Part shown: positions 54,670 through 64,000 of the stretch, one piece after another
How the letters are laid out: each line of letters opens with the position of its first letter
Position numbering within the stretch: position 1 is the stretch's first letter
Origin: an uncultured Planctomycetota bacterium
GTDB lineage: Bacteria > Planctomycetota > Planctomycetia > Isosphaerales > Isosphaeraceae
DNA length: 64,000 bases
Direction: 5' to 3'
NCBI GenBank assembly: GCA_963823665.1
Contig: CAWGMQ010000011.1
Span: 96,001-160,000 of the forward strand
Position numbers and translations under genes: made by a program
The notes under the pieces: generated by a model
The model's input: only the letters and a program-made list of their open reading frames with translations
Database searches by the model: none
Told to the model about the DNA's origin: nothing

Positions 54670-56106
54670 TCAGCATAGCAGGCGTGTGAGGACCTGGGCC
54701 GGATGCACGTCCGTCAGTCGCTCGTCGCGGCCCTGGTGCGCGAACGTGAGGCGGTGGAAATCGAGGCCGAGGAGGTGCAGGATCGTGGCGTGCAAGTCGG
54801 AGACGTGGCAGCGATCGGTGACGGCGTGATAGCCGAAGTCGTCGGTGGCGCCGTAGGTCTGCCCACCCTTGATTCCGCCGCCGGCGAGCCACACGGAGAA
54901 GCCGTAGGGGTGGTGATCGCGGCCGTCCTTGCCCTGGGCGCCGGGGGTTCGGCCGAACTCGCCGCCCCAGACGACAAGCGTTTGTTCGAGAAGTCCGCGC
55001 TGTTTCAAGTCTGTCAGCAGCCCGGCAACGGGCAGATCGGTTTGTTCGCAGCACGAGCGCGTGCCCGCTGCGTTGTTGGCGTGTGTGTCCCACGGCTGGC
55101 CGGCCATGAAAAGCTGGACGAACCGAACACCGCGCTCGACCAGCCGCCTGGCCATAAGGCAACGTGATCCATAAGACTTCGTGACCGGACTGTCCAGGCC
55201 GTAGAGCGCCTGCGTCGCCCGTGATTCCTGCGACAGGTCGAGCGCATCGGTGGCCGAGAGCTGCATGCGGGCTGCCAGCTCGAAGCTGGCGATCCGAGCG
55301 TCGAGGTCGAGCTCTTCGGGGTGGCGCGACTTGTGCTCGGCGTTGAGCTGCGAGAGCAACTCGAGCCGGCCGCGCTCGACATCGGGAGGGCGAGGCGTGC
55401 GCGGCTTGAGGTTCAAGACCGGCAATCCTTCGGCGCGGAACGGCGTGCCCTGGTAAACCGGCGGCAGCCAGCCGCTTGACCAGTTGCGGATGCCGTCGAC
55501 CGGAAGGCCCTTTGAATCGGGCAGAACGACGTAGGCGGGAAGATCCTGGTTCTCGGTGCCCAGGCCGTAGGCAACCCAGGCCGGCAAGCCTGGCCGGCCG
55601 GCGATCGTCAAGCCGGTGTGCATCGCCCAGATCGCTTGCTCGTGGTTGCGATGCATCGTGAACATCGAGCGGACGACGGCGATCTGGTCGGCATGTCGGG
55701 CGATGTGCGGGACCGTTTCCGAGAATTCGAGCCCCGAGCCGCCGTGCCTGGCAAATCGATACGGGCTCTTGAGCAGGTTGCCGGTGAGCTTCTCGTCGTC
55801 GGCAACTTCCTTCGGCGGCGGCTGGCCGTCGTGCTTGGCGAGCATCGGCTTGGGGTCGAGCAGATCGACATGGCTGGGGCCACCGTGCATGAAGAGCTGG
55901 ATGACGGATTTGGCCCGCGCGGGCAGGTGCGGAGGGCGCGGCAGAACGTCATACACCGCGCGAACCGACGAAGGCGACTCAGCCCGCAGCCGTTCCTCAC
56001 CCAGGAGTGCAGCCAGGACCATCCCGCCGAAGCCGCCACCCAGGCGCGACAATGCTTCGCGGCGGGTCGGGCAGTGCGTTGCTAACTGTTGCGCTTGCTC
56101 GGTCAT
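54670..56106 (-). CDS. DUF1501 domain protein (Tat-type signal)
   Basis: TRREAL, AKSVIQLFMHGGPSHVDLLDPKP, ARRLVERGVRFVQ, GEFGRTP, GRDHHP. Confidence 0.92.
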   Translation of the reverse strand: MTEQAQQLATHCPTRREALSRLGGGFGGMVLAALLGEERLRAESPSSVRAVYDVLPRPPHLPARAKSVIQLFMHGGPSHVDLLDPKPMLAKHDGQPPPKEVADDEKLTGNLLKSPYRFARHGGSGLEFSETVPHIARHADQIAVVRSMFTMHRNHEQAIWAMHTGLTIAGRPGLPAWVAYGLGTENQDLPAYVVLPDSKGLPVDGIRNWSSGWLPPVYQGTPFRAEGLPVLNLKPRTPRPPDVERGRLELLSQLNAEHKSRHPEELDLDARIASFELAARMQLSATDALDLSQESRATQALYGLDSPVTKSYGSRCLMARRLVERGVRFVQLFMAGQPWDTHANNAAGTRSCCEQTDLPVAGLLTDLKQRGLLEQTLVVWGGEFGRTPGAQGKDGRDHHPYGFSVWLAGGGIKGGQTYGATDDFGYHAVTDRCHVSDLHATILHLLGLDFHRLTFAHQGRDERLTDVHPAQVLTRLLC

Positions 56107-56135
56107 CGGAGCACCCCGGTTCGGTTCACTACCGA

Positions 56136-58736
56136 TCAATCCACGTAAGCAAATTCGTTCGAGCTCAGGAGCATGTGGCAGAGATCCTCGAGTGCGCGCT
56201 GCCGGGCGCGCTCGAGATCCAGCGTCGCAGCACCAGGAGATCGAGCGTGGCGGCTCGACTGGACGGCGAGAAAGTTTTCGAGCGCGGCGCGCTCAGCCTC
56301 GGAAGATTGGCGGCCCAGTGCGAGCTGGACGGCTCGGCCGGACGGGTCGGAGCGCGTCTCGCGCTCGAGCCGCGTTGCGAACGCCCGTGCGATCGATGTC
56401 AACGTATCGCAGTTGAGCAGGTTGAGCGCCTGAGAGGCAATGGTCGAAACACCCCGGCGGGTGCAGTTCGTTTCCATGACCGGCTGGTCGAACGACTGGA
56501 GGAGCGTGAGCGGTTGCGAACGTCGGACTTTCATGTAGATCGACCGGCGATGGCCGGACGGGTGATCGGGCGCGACGACTTCACCGTCGGGCCGGACCAC
56601 GAAGGGCACGGGGGGGCCGAATAACCGCGTGTTCAGAAGGCCGGAGACCGCGAGCATCGCATCGCGGAGGGGCTCGCCCTCGAGCCGTCGCATCCGCTGA
56701 CGCCAGAGCAAGCGCACGGCGGGATCGACCTGCTTCGCCCTGGCGTGGGCCGGCGAATTTGGGTCGACTCGGCTCGATTGACGATAGGCTGTCGAGGTCA
56801 AGATGAGCCGGTGCATCGCCTTGATGCTCCAGCCGCGCGCGACGAACTCGCACGCCAGCCAGTCGAGCAGTTCGGGATGAGAGGGGGCTGCACCGGCGAT
56901 CCCGAAGTTGTCGGGTGTGGCGACCAACCCCTCACCGAAGTGCAGCAACCAGATCCGGTTGACCATCACGCGCGAAGTCAGGGGATGGCCGGGCTGCGTG
57001 AGCCATTTTGCGAAGGCGAGCCGGCGGCCGCTGGTCTTTGCGTTCTTCGCGGGGCTCGACCAGGCAAACGGCTGCGGTGCGGCGATCGCTTGAAGCGTGC
57101 CTGGGCCGACTTCGCGGCCGGGCGTGGTGTAGTCGCCGCGCTTGAGGATCGGTGTCGTCGGCTCACCTGGCAGGTCGTAGAAGGCGCGGATCTCGGGAAA
57201 TGTGCGCCGCCCGGCTTGGGCTTCGGCGATTTTGGAAGTGATCGTAGCGGCCTGAGTCTTGTAGTCGGGATAGAGTGTGGAGAGTGCGGCGGAAAGCCTG
57301 GGCTCGGCGGGTTTGAGGCGATCGGCGAACTTGGCGTTCAGGTACTTCTGGACCTCCGTCTGCTTGGCGGGGTCGGTCGCGAGGGCTTTGCGAGTGTCTT
57401 CGCGAATCGGCTCGGGAAGCTGCGCCAGACGGTCGGTGAGCAGTCGTCCGGAGAACGTCTCCTTGAGGGATTGAGCCTTCTTCGCCAGCTCGGCGACCGA
57501 TGAGTCGATCCGGGCGTTGTGCGCTTTGGCTTCGGCTTCTTGTGCCGCCGTGGCTTCGAACAGCTTGCGCTCGACCTGCGGCACCCACTGCGCGGGGCGA
57601 TAGCCGCTCATGAAGATCGCCTGAACCCGGTAGTACTCTTCCTGAGGAATCGGGTCGTACTTATGCGAGTGGCATTTGGCGCACTGAAGCGTGAGCCCGA
57701 GCGTGGACGACGCGACGATTTTCAGCGTGTCTTCGAGCGTCTGGTAGTAGTATCCAGGGGCGTTCTTGATTTGCTTGAAGTCGGGGCGGCTGGTGTCCGA
57801 AGCGCAGCGAAGGTAGCCGGTGGCAACGAGCGCCTCGACTTGATCGGGATTGAGCTGCTTCTCGGCGCGGAAGACGGACGGATAGTCAATGACTTCGTCG
57901 CCCGCGATCTGAAGTTCGAGGAAGCGGTCGTAGGGCAGATCGGCATTGAACGCGCGGATCACGAAATCACGATATCGCCACGCGCACGATCGCTCGTAGT
58001 CGGCGTCGAGGATTCCTTCGGAATCGGCGTAACCGGCCAGGTCGAGCCAGTGTCGTCCCCATCGCTCGCCGTAATGCGGCGAAGCCAGGAGCGCATCAAT
58101 GAGCCGCTCCCACGCGTCCGGGCGATTGTCGCTCAGGAAGGCTTCGGTTTGCTCGGGTGACGGAGGTAGCCCCCAGAGGTCGAAATACGCTCGGCGCACG
58201 AGCGCGGGCCGGTCCGCCTCGGGCGAGAAAGATAAGCCGTTCGTTTCCAGCCGCGCGAGTAGAAAGCGGTCGACAGCGTTCCGGGCTTGCCCGGGATTGT
58301 GCACGCTCGGGACGGGCGGGCGCGCGGGGGGCTGGAAGGCCCAGAAGCTCGATGCGGCAGAATTCGTCGCGCCGCTCTGGCCGGGAGCACCGGCGTCGAT
58401 CCACCGCCTGACGATGGCGATCTCATCCCCGGTCAGCTTCGGATTCTTGCCGGGGGGCATGTTCCCGGACACCACTTGCTCGATGACAAGGCTTTCGCCG
58501 CTCTTGCCGGGAACGATCGCTTTGCCCGTATCGCCGCCCTGAGTCATCGACGCGACCGTGCGAAGATCGAGCCCACCCTTACGCGCTTCGGCACCGTGGC
58601 ACTTGATGCAATGGTCTCGCAAGATCGGCGCGACGTCTTTACCGAACTGCGGCGCCTGTGCCCGAGCGATCGTGAGGCTCGGCGACGCGAGCCAAACGCA
58701 CGCGACGGCGCAGATGCAATGGCGCAGCCCGGCCAT
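56136..58736 (-). CDS. Planctomycete cytochrome c plus DUF1549/DUF1553 (PSD1) protein
   Basis: CIKCH and CAKCHSHKYDP heme motifs; YGERWGRHWLDLAGYADS; VNRIW; PSHPELLDWLA; start uncertain. Confidence 0.92.
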   Translation of the reverse strand: MAGLRHCICAVACVWLASPSLTIARAQAPQFGKDVAPILRDHCIKCHGAEARKGGLDLRTVASMTQGGDTGKAIVPGKSGESLVIEQVVSGNMPPGKNPKLTGDEIAIVRRWIDAGAPGQSGATNSAASSFWAFQPPARPPVPSVHNPGQARNAVDRFLLARLETNGLSFSPEADRPALVRRAYFDLWGLPPSPEQTEAFLSDNRPDAWERLIDALLASPHYGERWGRHWLDLAGYADSEGILDADYERSCAWRYRDFVIRAFNADLPYDRFLELQIAGDEVIDYPSVFRAEKQLNPDQVEALVATGYLRCASDTSRPDFKQIKNAPGYYYQTLEDTLKIVASSTLGLTLQCAKCHSHKYDPIPQEEYYRVQAIFMSGYRPAQWVPQVERKLFEATAAQEAEAKAHNARIDSSVAELAKKAQSLKETFSGRLLTDRLAQLPEPIREDTRKALATDPAKQTEVQKYLNAKFADRLKPAEPRLSAALSTLYPDYKTQAATITSKIAEAQAGRRTFPEIRAFYDLPGEPTTPILKRGDYTTPGREVGPGTLQAIAAPQPFAWSSPAKNAKTSGRRLAFAKWLTQPGHPLTSRVMVNRIWLLHFGEGLVATPDNFGIAGAAPSHPELLDWLACEFVARGWSIKAMHRLILTSTAYRQSSRVDPNSPAHARAKQVDPAVRLLWRQRMRRLEGEPLRDAMLAVSGLLNTRLFGPPVPFVVRPDGEVVAPDHPSGHRRSIYMKVRRSQPLTLLQSFDQPVMETNCTRRGVSTIASQALNLLNCDTLTSIARAFATRLERETRSDPSGRAVQLALGRQSSEAERAALENFLAVQSSRHARSPGAATLDLERARQRALEDLCHMLLSSNEFAYVD

Positions 58737-58840
58737 CCGCTGTTTGTTGCACTTTCGTTCAACAATTCTCATGCGATCGATGTTATCACGGGCGGGATTC
58801 GCGGGGTAGCGGGATTGGCGGGGACGGCAGCGCAAGAGGT

Positions 58841-60745
58841 CTATCTTGCGGCCGCCGCAGGGACGTTAACCTGGCCGTCAAACGGCTCGGACACGGGAAG
58901 CACGAAGGTGTAATCGTGGACAAGCAGCCCCGTGGTGCCGACCATGAAGTCGCGGTTCTCGGCGACCGTCAAGTTAAAGACCATCTGGGTTGCGTCGCGC
59001 TCGATCGAGTCGACGGTGGCGAGACCGCCCACTGTGCGGAGGCGATCGCCCGCCTTCAGGTCGCGCGCCATGGTCCAGCCCTTGCCGGCCTTCCAGAAGC
59101 GGTGGATGCCGGTGGCGACGATGGTTTCGCTGCCGATCGCGAGGCGGAAGGTTTCCGCGGGGCCGGTCTTGTGGGTGACCAGCACGGGCTGATAAGACAG
59201 CGCGCCGGTCGTTGTGTGTTGTGACAGGACGCGGTCACCGACGGCGATCGATTCGATCTTGCGCGGGCCGATCAGGGTCTGCACCAAGGTGCCCGCGGCG
59301 AAGCAGGAAGGGCTGAAGATGATGGCAGGGAGATTCACGGCAAGATCCGGGAGCTCCACATCACTGACGTAGGTCGGCTTGGTTTCGGCATACCGATCGT
59401 CGTAGACGTAGCCAAGCTGGTCCGTCCACCACTTTTGCCAGAGCTGCGGATCCGCCGGCATTTTCTGGGCCGTGAGCGTTTCCAGAAGCGCCAGCAGCCG
59501 GCCGTTGATTTCGTTGATCTGCGCGTTCGCTTCTTCGATCGCTTGGATATCGTCCTCGATTGTCCGTTCGACGAGGAGGTTGGCTCGCCCGGTCGCTGCG
59601 AGGCCATCGGCCACCATGAAGCCCCATTGAGAGGCCAGCAACCGGTTGGTGAGAACAACCTGTTCGACGACAGCGGGCATCGCCATCATATTGGCGTGTA
59701 CTTTGCCAGAGCCGGCAGTCATGTTCAGGTCGGGCGAGCGATAGAGCCTCTGGAGGTCGAATTGTTCGCCGTCGACCAACAAGGCGGACGTCGAGCCCGG
59801 CCCCGTACCTCTCTTGAGCTCGTACTTAAACGGCTTGTGGAGCCGGTTGATCATCCAGCCGATTGTGTCGCGCGGATCACGGAACGTAACCGCCCGGGCC
59901 GCGCGGCTGCGAACTTCGCTCGACGGCTTGTCGATGGCGAGCACGAGCAGGCAGAACGATGCCCCGGGGCCTTCAATCTGCGAGAAAAGCTCAACCGCGA
60001 CGAGCTGCGCTTTCTCGCTGCCATTGGCGAAGACCTTCCAGATCATCGGAACTGCGCGGGGATCCGTCACCTGATAGAGTTCTTTCTCCGCCTTCAAGCG
60101 CCGCGTCTCGATGGTGCTTTCCACCGCTTCGCGCAGTTTTTCGAGGCGCGGCTTCCACTCTTTATCGGAGCGTTTCTGGCGATCGGCTTCGAGCTTCTGA
60201 GCTGCGAGCTGATCGGGCTTCATCCAGTGGTCGTGAACCCTCTTGAACCCAAGGCGGATCCATGCGACATCTCGCGACGGATCGAGGCGGGTCACCGCGA
60301 AGTAGTGGGCGCGAGATTCGTCCTTCAGGCCGTTGTCGATGCACCAGGCGGCGAGGCGCAACTGGGCATCGACGTTTTTCTGGGGTGTGCGGACGCGGCG
60401 ATCGAGGTATTCGCGGAAGATGGTTTGGGATTTCGAGTCGCTCTCGATCTCTCGCTCGACCTGGTCGGGCTTCACCCATCGTCCCTGGACGGCCACGAGG
60501 CCGAGCAAGCCGCGAGCGAGCAGATTGGCCGGGGCGAGGGAAACCGCGAGGTTCAAATGTTTGACACGCTCGGCCGTCATGCCGTGAGCTTCGCACCAGA
60601 GGGCGAGCTGAACGTGAGCGGCGGGGTTCTTGGCGGCCTTGGCGGCGGCGGCCTCGTAGGCGGCGCGATCCGTTGCGCTGGCGGTCTCGGTGGGTTTGCC
60701 ACCATCCCCCAGCATGACACAACAGAGCAGGATTACTTGAATCAT
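58841..60745 (-). CDS. Secreted TPR/HEAT protein with C-terminal Hint domain, paralog 1
   Basis: Signal-like MIQVILLCCVMLG; Hint at 59305-58913 CFAAGTLV...TGIH...VFNLTV...LLVHD. Confidence 0.88.
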   Translation of the reverse strand: MIQVILLCCVMLGDGGKPTETASATDRAAYEAAAAKAAKNPAAHVQLALWCEAHGMTAERVKHLNLAVSLAPANLLARGLLGLVAVQGRWVKPDQVEREIESDSKSQTIFREYLDRRVRTPQKNVDAQLRLAAWCIDNGLKDESRAHYFAVTRLDPSRDVAWIRLGFKRVHDHWMKPDQLAAQKLEADRQKRSDKEWKPRLEKLREAVESTIETRRLKAEKELYQVTDPRAVPMIWKVFANGSEKAQLVAVELFSQIEGPGASFCLLVLAIDKPSSEVRSRAARAVTFRDPRDTIGWMINRLHKPFKYELKRGTGPGSTSALLVDGEQFDLQRLYRSPDLNMTAGSGKVHANMMAMPAVVEQVVLTNRLLASQWGFMVADGLAATGRANLLVERTIEDDIQAIEEANAQINEINGRLLALLETLTAQKMPADPQLWQKWWTDQLGYVYDDRYAETKPTYVSDVELPDLAVNLPAIIFSPSCFAAGTLVQTLIGPRKIESIAVGDRVLSQHTTTGALSYQPVLVTHKTGPAETFRLAIGSETIVATGIHRFWKAGKGWTMARDLKAGDRLRTVGGLATVDSIERDATQMVFNLTVAENRDFMVGTTGLLVHDYTFVLPVSEPFDGQVNVPAAAAR

Positions 60746-60800
60746 GGATTCAGCTCCCGGGGAAGTTCCTGTTTGTCAACTGGGTGCGCCGGCGATCGTG

Positions 60801-62717
60801 TCAGCGGGGCACCGTCTGCGCCGCTGTGGCTGGGTGGTCGAACGGCTGGGAAACCGGCAGGACGAAACTGACGTCGTGAACCAGGCAACCGGCGTTTCCT
60901 ATCAGGAAGTCGCGATTCTCGGCCACGTTCAGGTTATACACACTCTGGGTGGCGTCGGGCTCGATCGATTGAACGGTTGTGGTGCCGGCGATTGCACGAA
61001 GACGATCACCTGGCTTCAAGTCGCGCGCCATGATCCATCCCTTGCCGGCCTTCCAGAATCGATGGATTCCCGTGGTGACGATAATCTCGCCGTCAATCGC
61101 GAGCCGGAACGTTTCCGCGCCGTTTCGTACGGTGGTATTGAGAACGGGCTGGAAAGAGAGGGCTCCGGTCGATGTGTCCTGAGAGAGCACGCGGTCGCCG
61201 ATGCTGAGCGACTCAATTTTCTTCAGACCGCCCGAGGTGTGCACCAAGGTGCCCGCTGCGAAGCAGGACATCTTGTAGTAGGACACCATCGGCAGAATAA
61301 CGGACACATCAGGGGCTTCCACCGTGTCGGTGTACAGGGGCTTGTTCTGATCCGACGGGTCGTTGTATGAGAGGCCGAGCTGCTCACCCCACCACTGTCG
61401 CCATGCCCCGGGAAGTTCTCCAAGCTTTTCGCCAGTCAGAGATTCGAGAAGAGCGAACGCGCGGCCGTTGGTCTCGTTGATTTGCGCGTTGGCGTCATCG
61501 ATCGTCCGGACGTCTTCTTCAAGCGATTGCCGGATGGTGTCATTTCGCGCCTGGCTTTGCGCAATCGCATCGGCGATCAGATTGGGCCATAGCGCTCTCA
61601 GCATGCGGTCCATGGGGATCGCCGCGCGCATCTGGCGCGCCGATTCCGCGGCCATGTTGTGCGATATCATGGCCGACATCAGCGGCACGAAGTTGAAATT
61701 CACGTCGGAGTAACGATAAAACCGCCTGCGGTCGAATTTCTCGCCGTCGACCAGCAGAGTGGCCGTCGAGCCACCACCGGCTCCTTCAATGACCTCGTAC
61801 TTGTAGGGTTTGCGGAGCAGGCTCGTGAGCCAGCCGATGACTTCGCGAGGATCGCGATACTTGAGCGCTCGGCCGGCGTGCGAACGCACTTCGCTCGAGG
61901 GACTATTGATCGCCAGTGCGAGGATGCAATACGACGCCCCTGGCCCGTCGATCTGCGAGAAAAGCTCGATCGCGACAAGCTGCATTTTCTCATTTCCGCC
62001 GCCGAAGACTTTCCAGATCGATGGGACAGCGCGGGGGTCGGTGATCTGGTAGAGTTCCTTCTCGGCTTTCAATCGCCGCGATTCCGTCGGGCTTGCAAGC
62101 GCGTCTCGAAGCTTTTCGAGCCGCGGCTTCCACAGTGAGTCGGCGCGTTTCTGGTGTTCGGCTTCGAGCTTCTGGGTGGCCAGGTCCTCAGGCTTCGACC
62201 AGCGGTCGTGTTGCTTTTTGTAGCCCAATTTCACCCAGGCGATATCTCGTGATGGGTCGAGACGAGTGACCAGGTGGTAGTGGGCAATGGCCTCGTCCTT
62301 GAGTCCGTTCTCAAGGCACCAGGCGGCGAGTCGCAACTGGGCGTCGACGTTTTTTTGAGGTGTGTGCACGCGGCGATCGAGGTACTCGCGGTAGAGGGCG
62401 TCGAACTTCGGGTCGGCGTGGATTTCCTTCTCGACCTGGTCGGGTTTGGCCCATTTGCCCTGGAAGGCCATCAGGCCCAAGAGGGCACGGGCGAGCGCAT
62501 TTGAAGGGTCGAGAGACGACGCGATGGTCAGGTGCTTGATTCGCTCGGAGGAGAGGCCGTGGGTTTCGCACCAGAGTGCCAACTTGACGTGTGCGGCCGC
62601 GCTCTTGCCGGCTTTGGCGGCGGCGGCTTCGTAGGCGGCTCGATCGCTGGGGCTCGGGTCGGCGGGTTTGTTGCCGTCAGTGAGGATGGCACAGCAGAGC
62701 AGGATGACGTGGACCAT
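60801..62717 (-). CDS. Secreted TPR/HEAT protein with C-terminal Hint domain, paralog 2
   Basis: MVHVILLCCAILT; Hint at 61265-60873 CFAAGTLV...TGIH...VYNLNV...CLVHD. Confidence 0.88.
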   Translation of the reverse strand: MVHVILLCCAILTDGNKPADPSPSDRAAYEAAAAKAGKSAAAHVKLALWCETHGLSSERIKHLTIASSLDPSNALARALLGLMAFQGKWAKPDQVEKEIHADPKFDALYREYLDRRVHTPQKNVDAQLRLAAWCLENGLKDEAIAHYHLVTRLDPSRDIAWVKLGYKKQHDRWSKPEDLATQKLEAEHQKRADSLWKPRLEKLRDALASPTESRRLKAEKELYQITDPRAVPSIWKVFGGGNEKMQLVAIELFSQIDGPGASYCILALAINSPSSEVRSHAGRALKYRDPREVIGWLTSLLRKPYKYEVIEGAGGGSTATLLVDGEKFDRRRFYRYSDVNFNFVPLMSAMISHNMAAESARQMRAAIPMDRMLRALWPNLIADAIAQSQARNDTIRQSLEEDVRTIDDANAQINETNGRAFALLESLTGEKLGELPGAWRQWWGEQLGLSYNDPSDQNKPLYTDTVEAPDVSVILPMVSYYKMSCFAAGTLVHTSGGLKKIESLSIGDRVLSQDTSTGALSFQPVLNTTVRNGAETFRLAIDGEIIVTTGIHRFWKAGKGWIMARDLKPGDRLRAIAGTTTVQSIEPDATQSVYNLNVAENRDFLIGNAGCLVHDVSFVLPVSQPFDHPATAAQTVPR

Positions 62718-62774
62718 GAGTTTCTCACTTCGGGTTCTGAGGGTGACCCTGACGCGAACACGCCCGCGATTAGA

Positions 62775-64000
62775 TCACTTGGGCGCCGCCTGCGCCGGGC
62801 TGGTCAGGCGGTCGAACGGATCGGACACCGGTAAAACGAAGCTGAAGTCGTGGACCAGCAGGCCGGCCGTGCCGACCAGGTAGTCGCGGTTTTCCGCGAC
62901 CGTCAAGTTGTAGACCATTTGTGTCGGGCCGGGCTCGATCGATTCGATCGTGGTGGCGCCGCCCAACATGCGGAGGCGGTCACCGGCTTTCAGGTCGCGG
63001 GCCATGGTCCAGCCGTTGCCGGCTTTCCAGAAGCGGTGGATACCGGTGGCGACGATGGTTTCGCTGTCCTGCGTGATTCGCAATGTAGCGGATGGACCAT
63101 TCACGTGAGTGGCCAGAACCGGTTGGAACGACAGTGCGCCGGTGGATGTCTGCTGGGACAGGATGCGGTCGCCCACGGTCACCGATTCAATCTTTTGAGG
63201 GCCGGTGAGCGTTTGGACCAACGTTCCGGCAGCGAAGCAGGCACCATGCGGCCGCGCGGGTGCACCCGGCACGAAGCCCGTCACCACGGAGACCTGGATG
63301 TTGGGCGTGTCAACCGAATCGACAAAGGTCGGTTTCGCACTGGAGTAGCGATCGTCATAAACATAACCGAGCTGTTCCGCCCACCACCGCCGCCATGCCT
63401 GGGGGTCGGCGCCCAATTTCTGCCCGGTCAGCGATTCAAGGACAGGCAACAATCGCTCGTTGAATTGATCGATTTGAGTGTTGGCGGCCTGGATCATCCG
63501 GATGTCGTCCTCGAGCGTCTTCTGCACAGCGGCTGTCGCTTGAAGCGATTGTTGCATTGCAGCGGCGATCGACATCTCCCGTTCCCATGCGAGATTCAAA
63601 TTGAACTGAGCACTGGCTGTCAGTGCCTGCGGGGCCCTGGCCGAGGACGTCGGCACGACCATGCCGCCGGCCATCGGGGCAGCCGTCGGCATGGAAGCCA
63701 CGGGCGGCGACATGCGCGTCTCGACGGTGGGAAACCAATAGAAACGCTGAAGGTCGAACTGCTCGCCGTCGACGACGAGTGAGCCGGTCGAGCCAGAGCC
63801 AGTTCCCGGGTTGATCTTGTACTTGTACGGCTTGTGAACCATGTTGATCAGCCGGCCGATCACGTCGCGCGGGTCGCGCCCGAGGAGTGCCTGCGCGGCA
63901 CGTTCGCGCACGTCGGCTGAAGGTGAATCGAGAGCAAGCAGTGCAATACCGCTCGAGGCGGTCGGCCCCTCGATCTGGCTGAACAGCTCGACCGCGACGA
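62775..64000 (-). CDS. HEAT protein with C-terminal Hint domain, paralog 3 (5' end beyond the window)
   Basis: Frame is open to the edge (VAVELFSQIEGP); Hint at 63239-62847 CFAAGTLV...TGIH...LLVHD. Confidence 0.88.
   Translation of the reverse strand, partial: VAVELFSQIEGPTASSGIALLALDSPSADVRERAAQALLGRDPRDVIGRLINMVHKPYKYKINPGTGSGSTGSLVVDGEQFDLQRFYWFPTVETRMSPPVASMPTAAPMAGGMVVPTSSARAPQALTASAQFNLNLAWEREMSIAAAMQQSLQATAAVQKTLEDDIRMIQAANTQIDQFNERLLPVLESLTGQKLGADPQAWRRWWAEQLGYVYDDRYSSAKPTFVDSVDTPNIQVSVVTGFVPGAPARPHGACFAAGTLVQTLTGPQKIESVTVGDRILSQQTSTGALSFQPVLATHVNGPSATLRITQDSETIVATGIHRFWKAGNGWTMARDLKAGDRLRMLGGATTIESIEPGPTQMVYNLTVAENRDYLVGTAGLLVHDFSFVLPVSDPFDRLTSPAQAAPK

Noticed and set aside
58841..64000. 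Classical inteins or a polymorphic toxin locus
   Set aside because: No His-Asn-(Cys/Ser/Thr) splice junction, no endonuclease, no toxin domain after the Hint and no immunity genes.

Overview
GC-rich bacterial DNA with the hallmarks of a planctomycete, probably Isosphaeraceae-like (inferred from LExRxLLS export motifs, a DUF1501 + DUF1549/DUF1553 cytochrome pair, extended ECF sigma factors and multidomain Hanks kinases). Left part: ABC-2-type permease, a WD40 Ser/Thr kinase, an ECF sigma with a TPR extension, a HEAT protein, a large TPR/C39-peptidase gene split by an intact IS4 (IS50-like) element, a 9-repeat YDG surface protein, and a DUF3006/ComEC-like operon. Middle (about 23-47 kb): a decayed, mobile-looking region with HUH/Y1 (RAYT-like) transposase remnants, ECF sigma and kinase cassettes, and two inverted copies of an unannotated two-gene module whose second gene has a HEPN RNase-like motif. 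Right part: secreted S53 protease and beta-helix proteins (the latter behind a candidate attenuator leader), a TolB-like protein, DUF1501/cytochrome genes, and a tandem array of at least three secreted helical-repeat proteins ending in an atypical Hint domain (Cys1 and TxxH kept; terminal His-Asp, no +1 nucleophile, short conserved tail). This Hint array is the best candidate for an undescribed system. Many single-base frameshifts could be sequencing errors rather than true pseudogenes. No tRNA, rRNA or CRISPR array was seen. All family assignments come from motif recognition, not from database searches.
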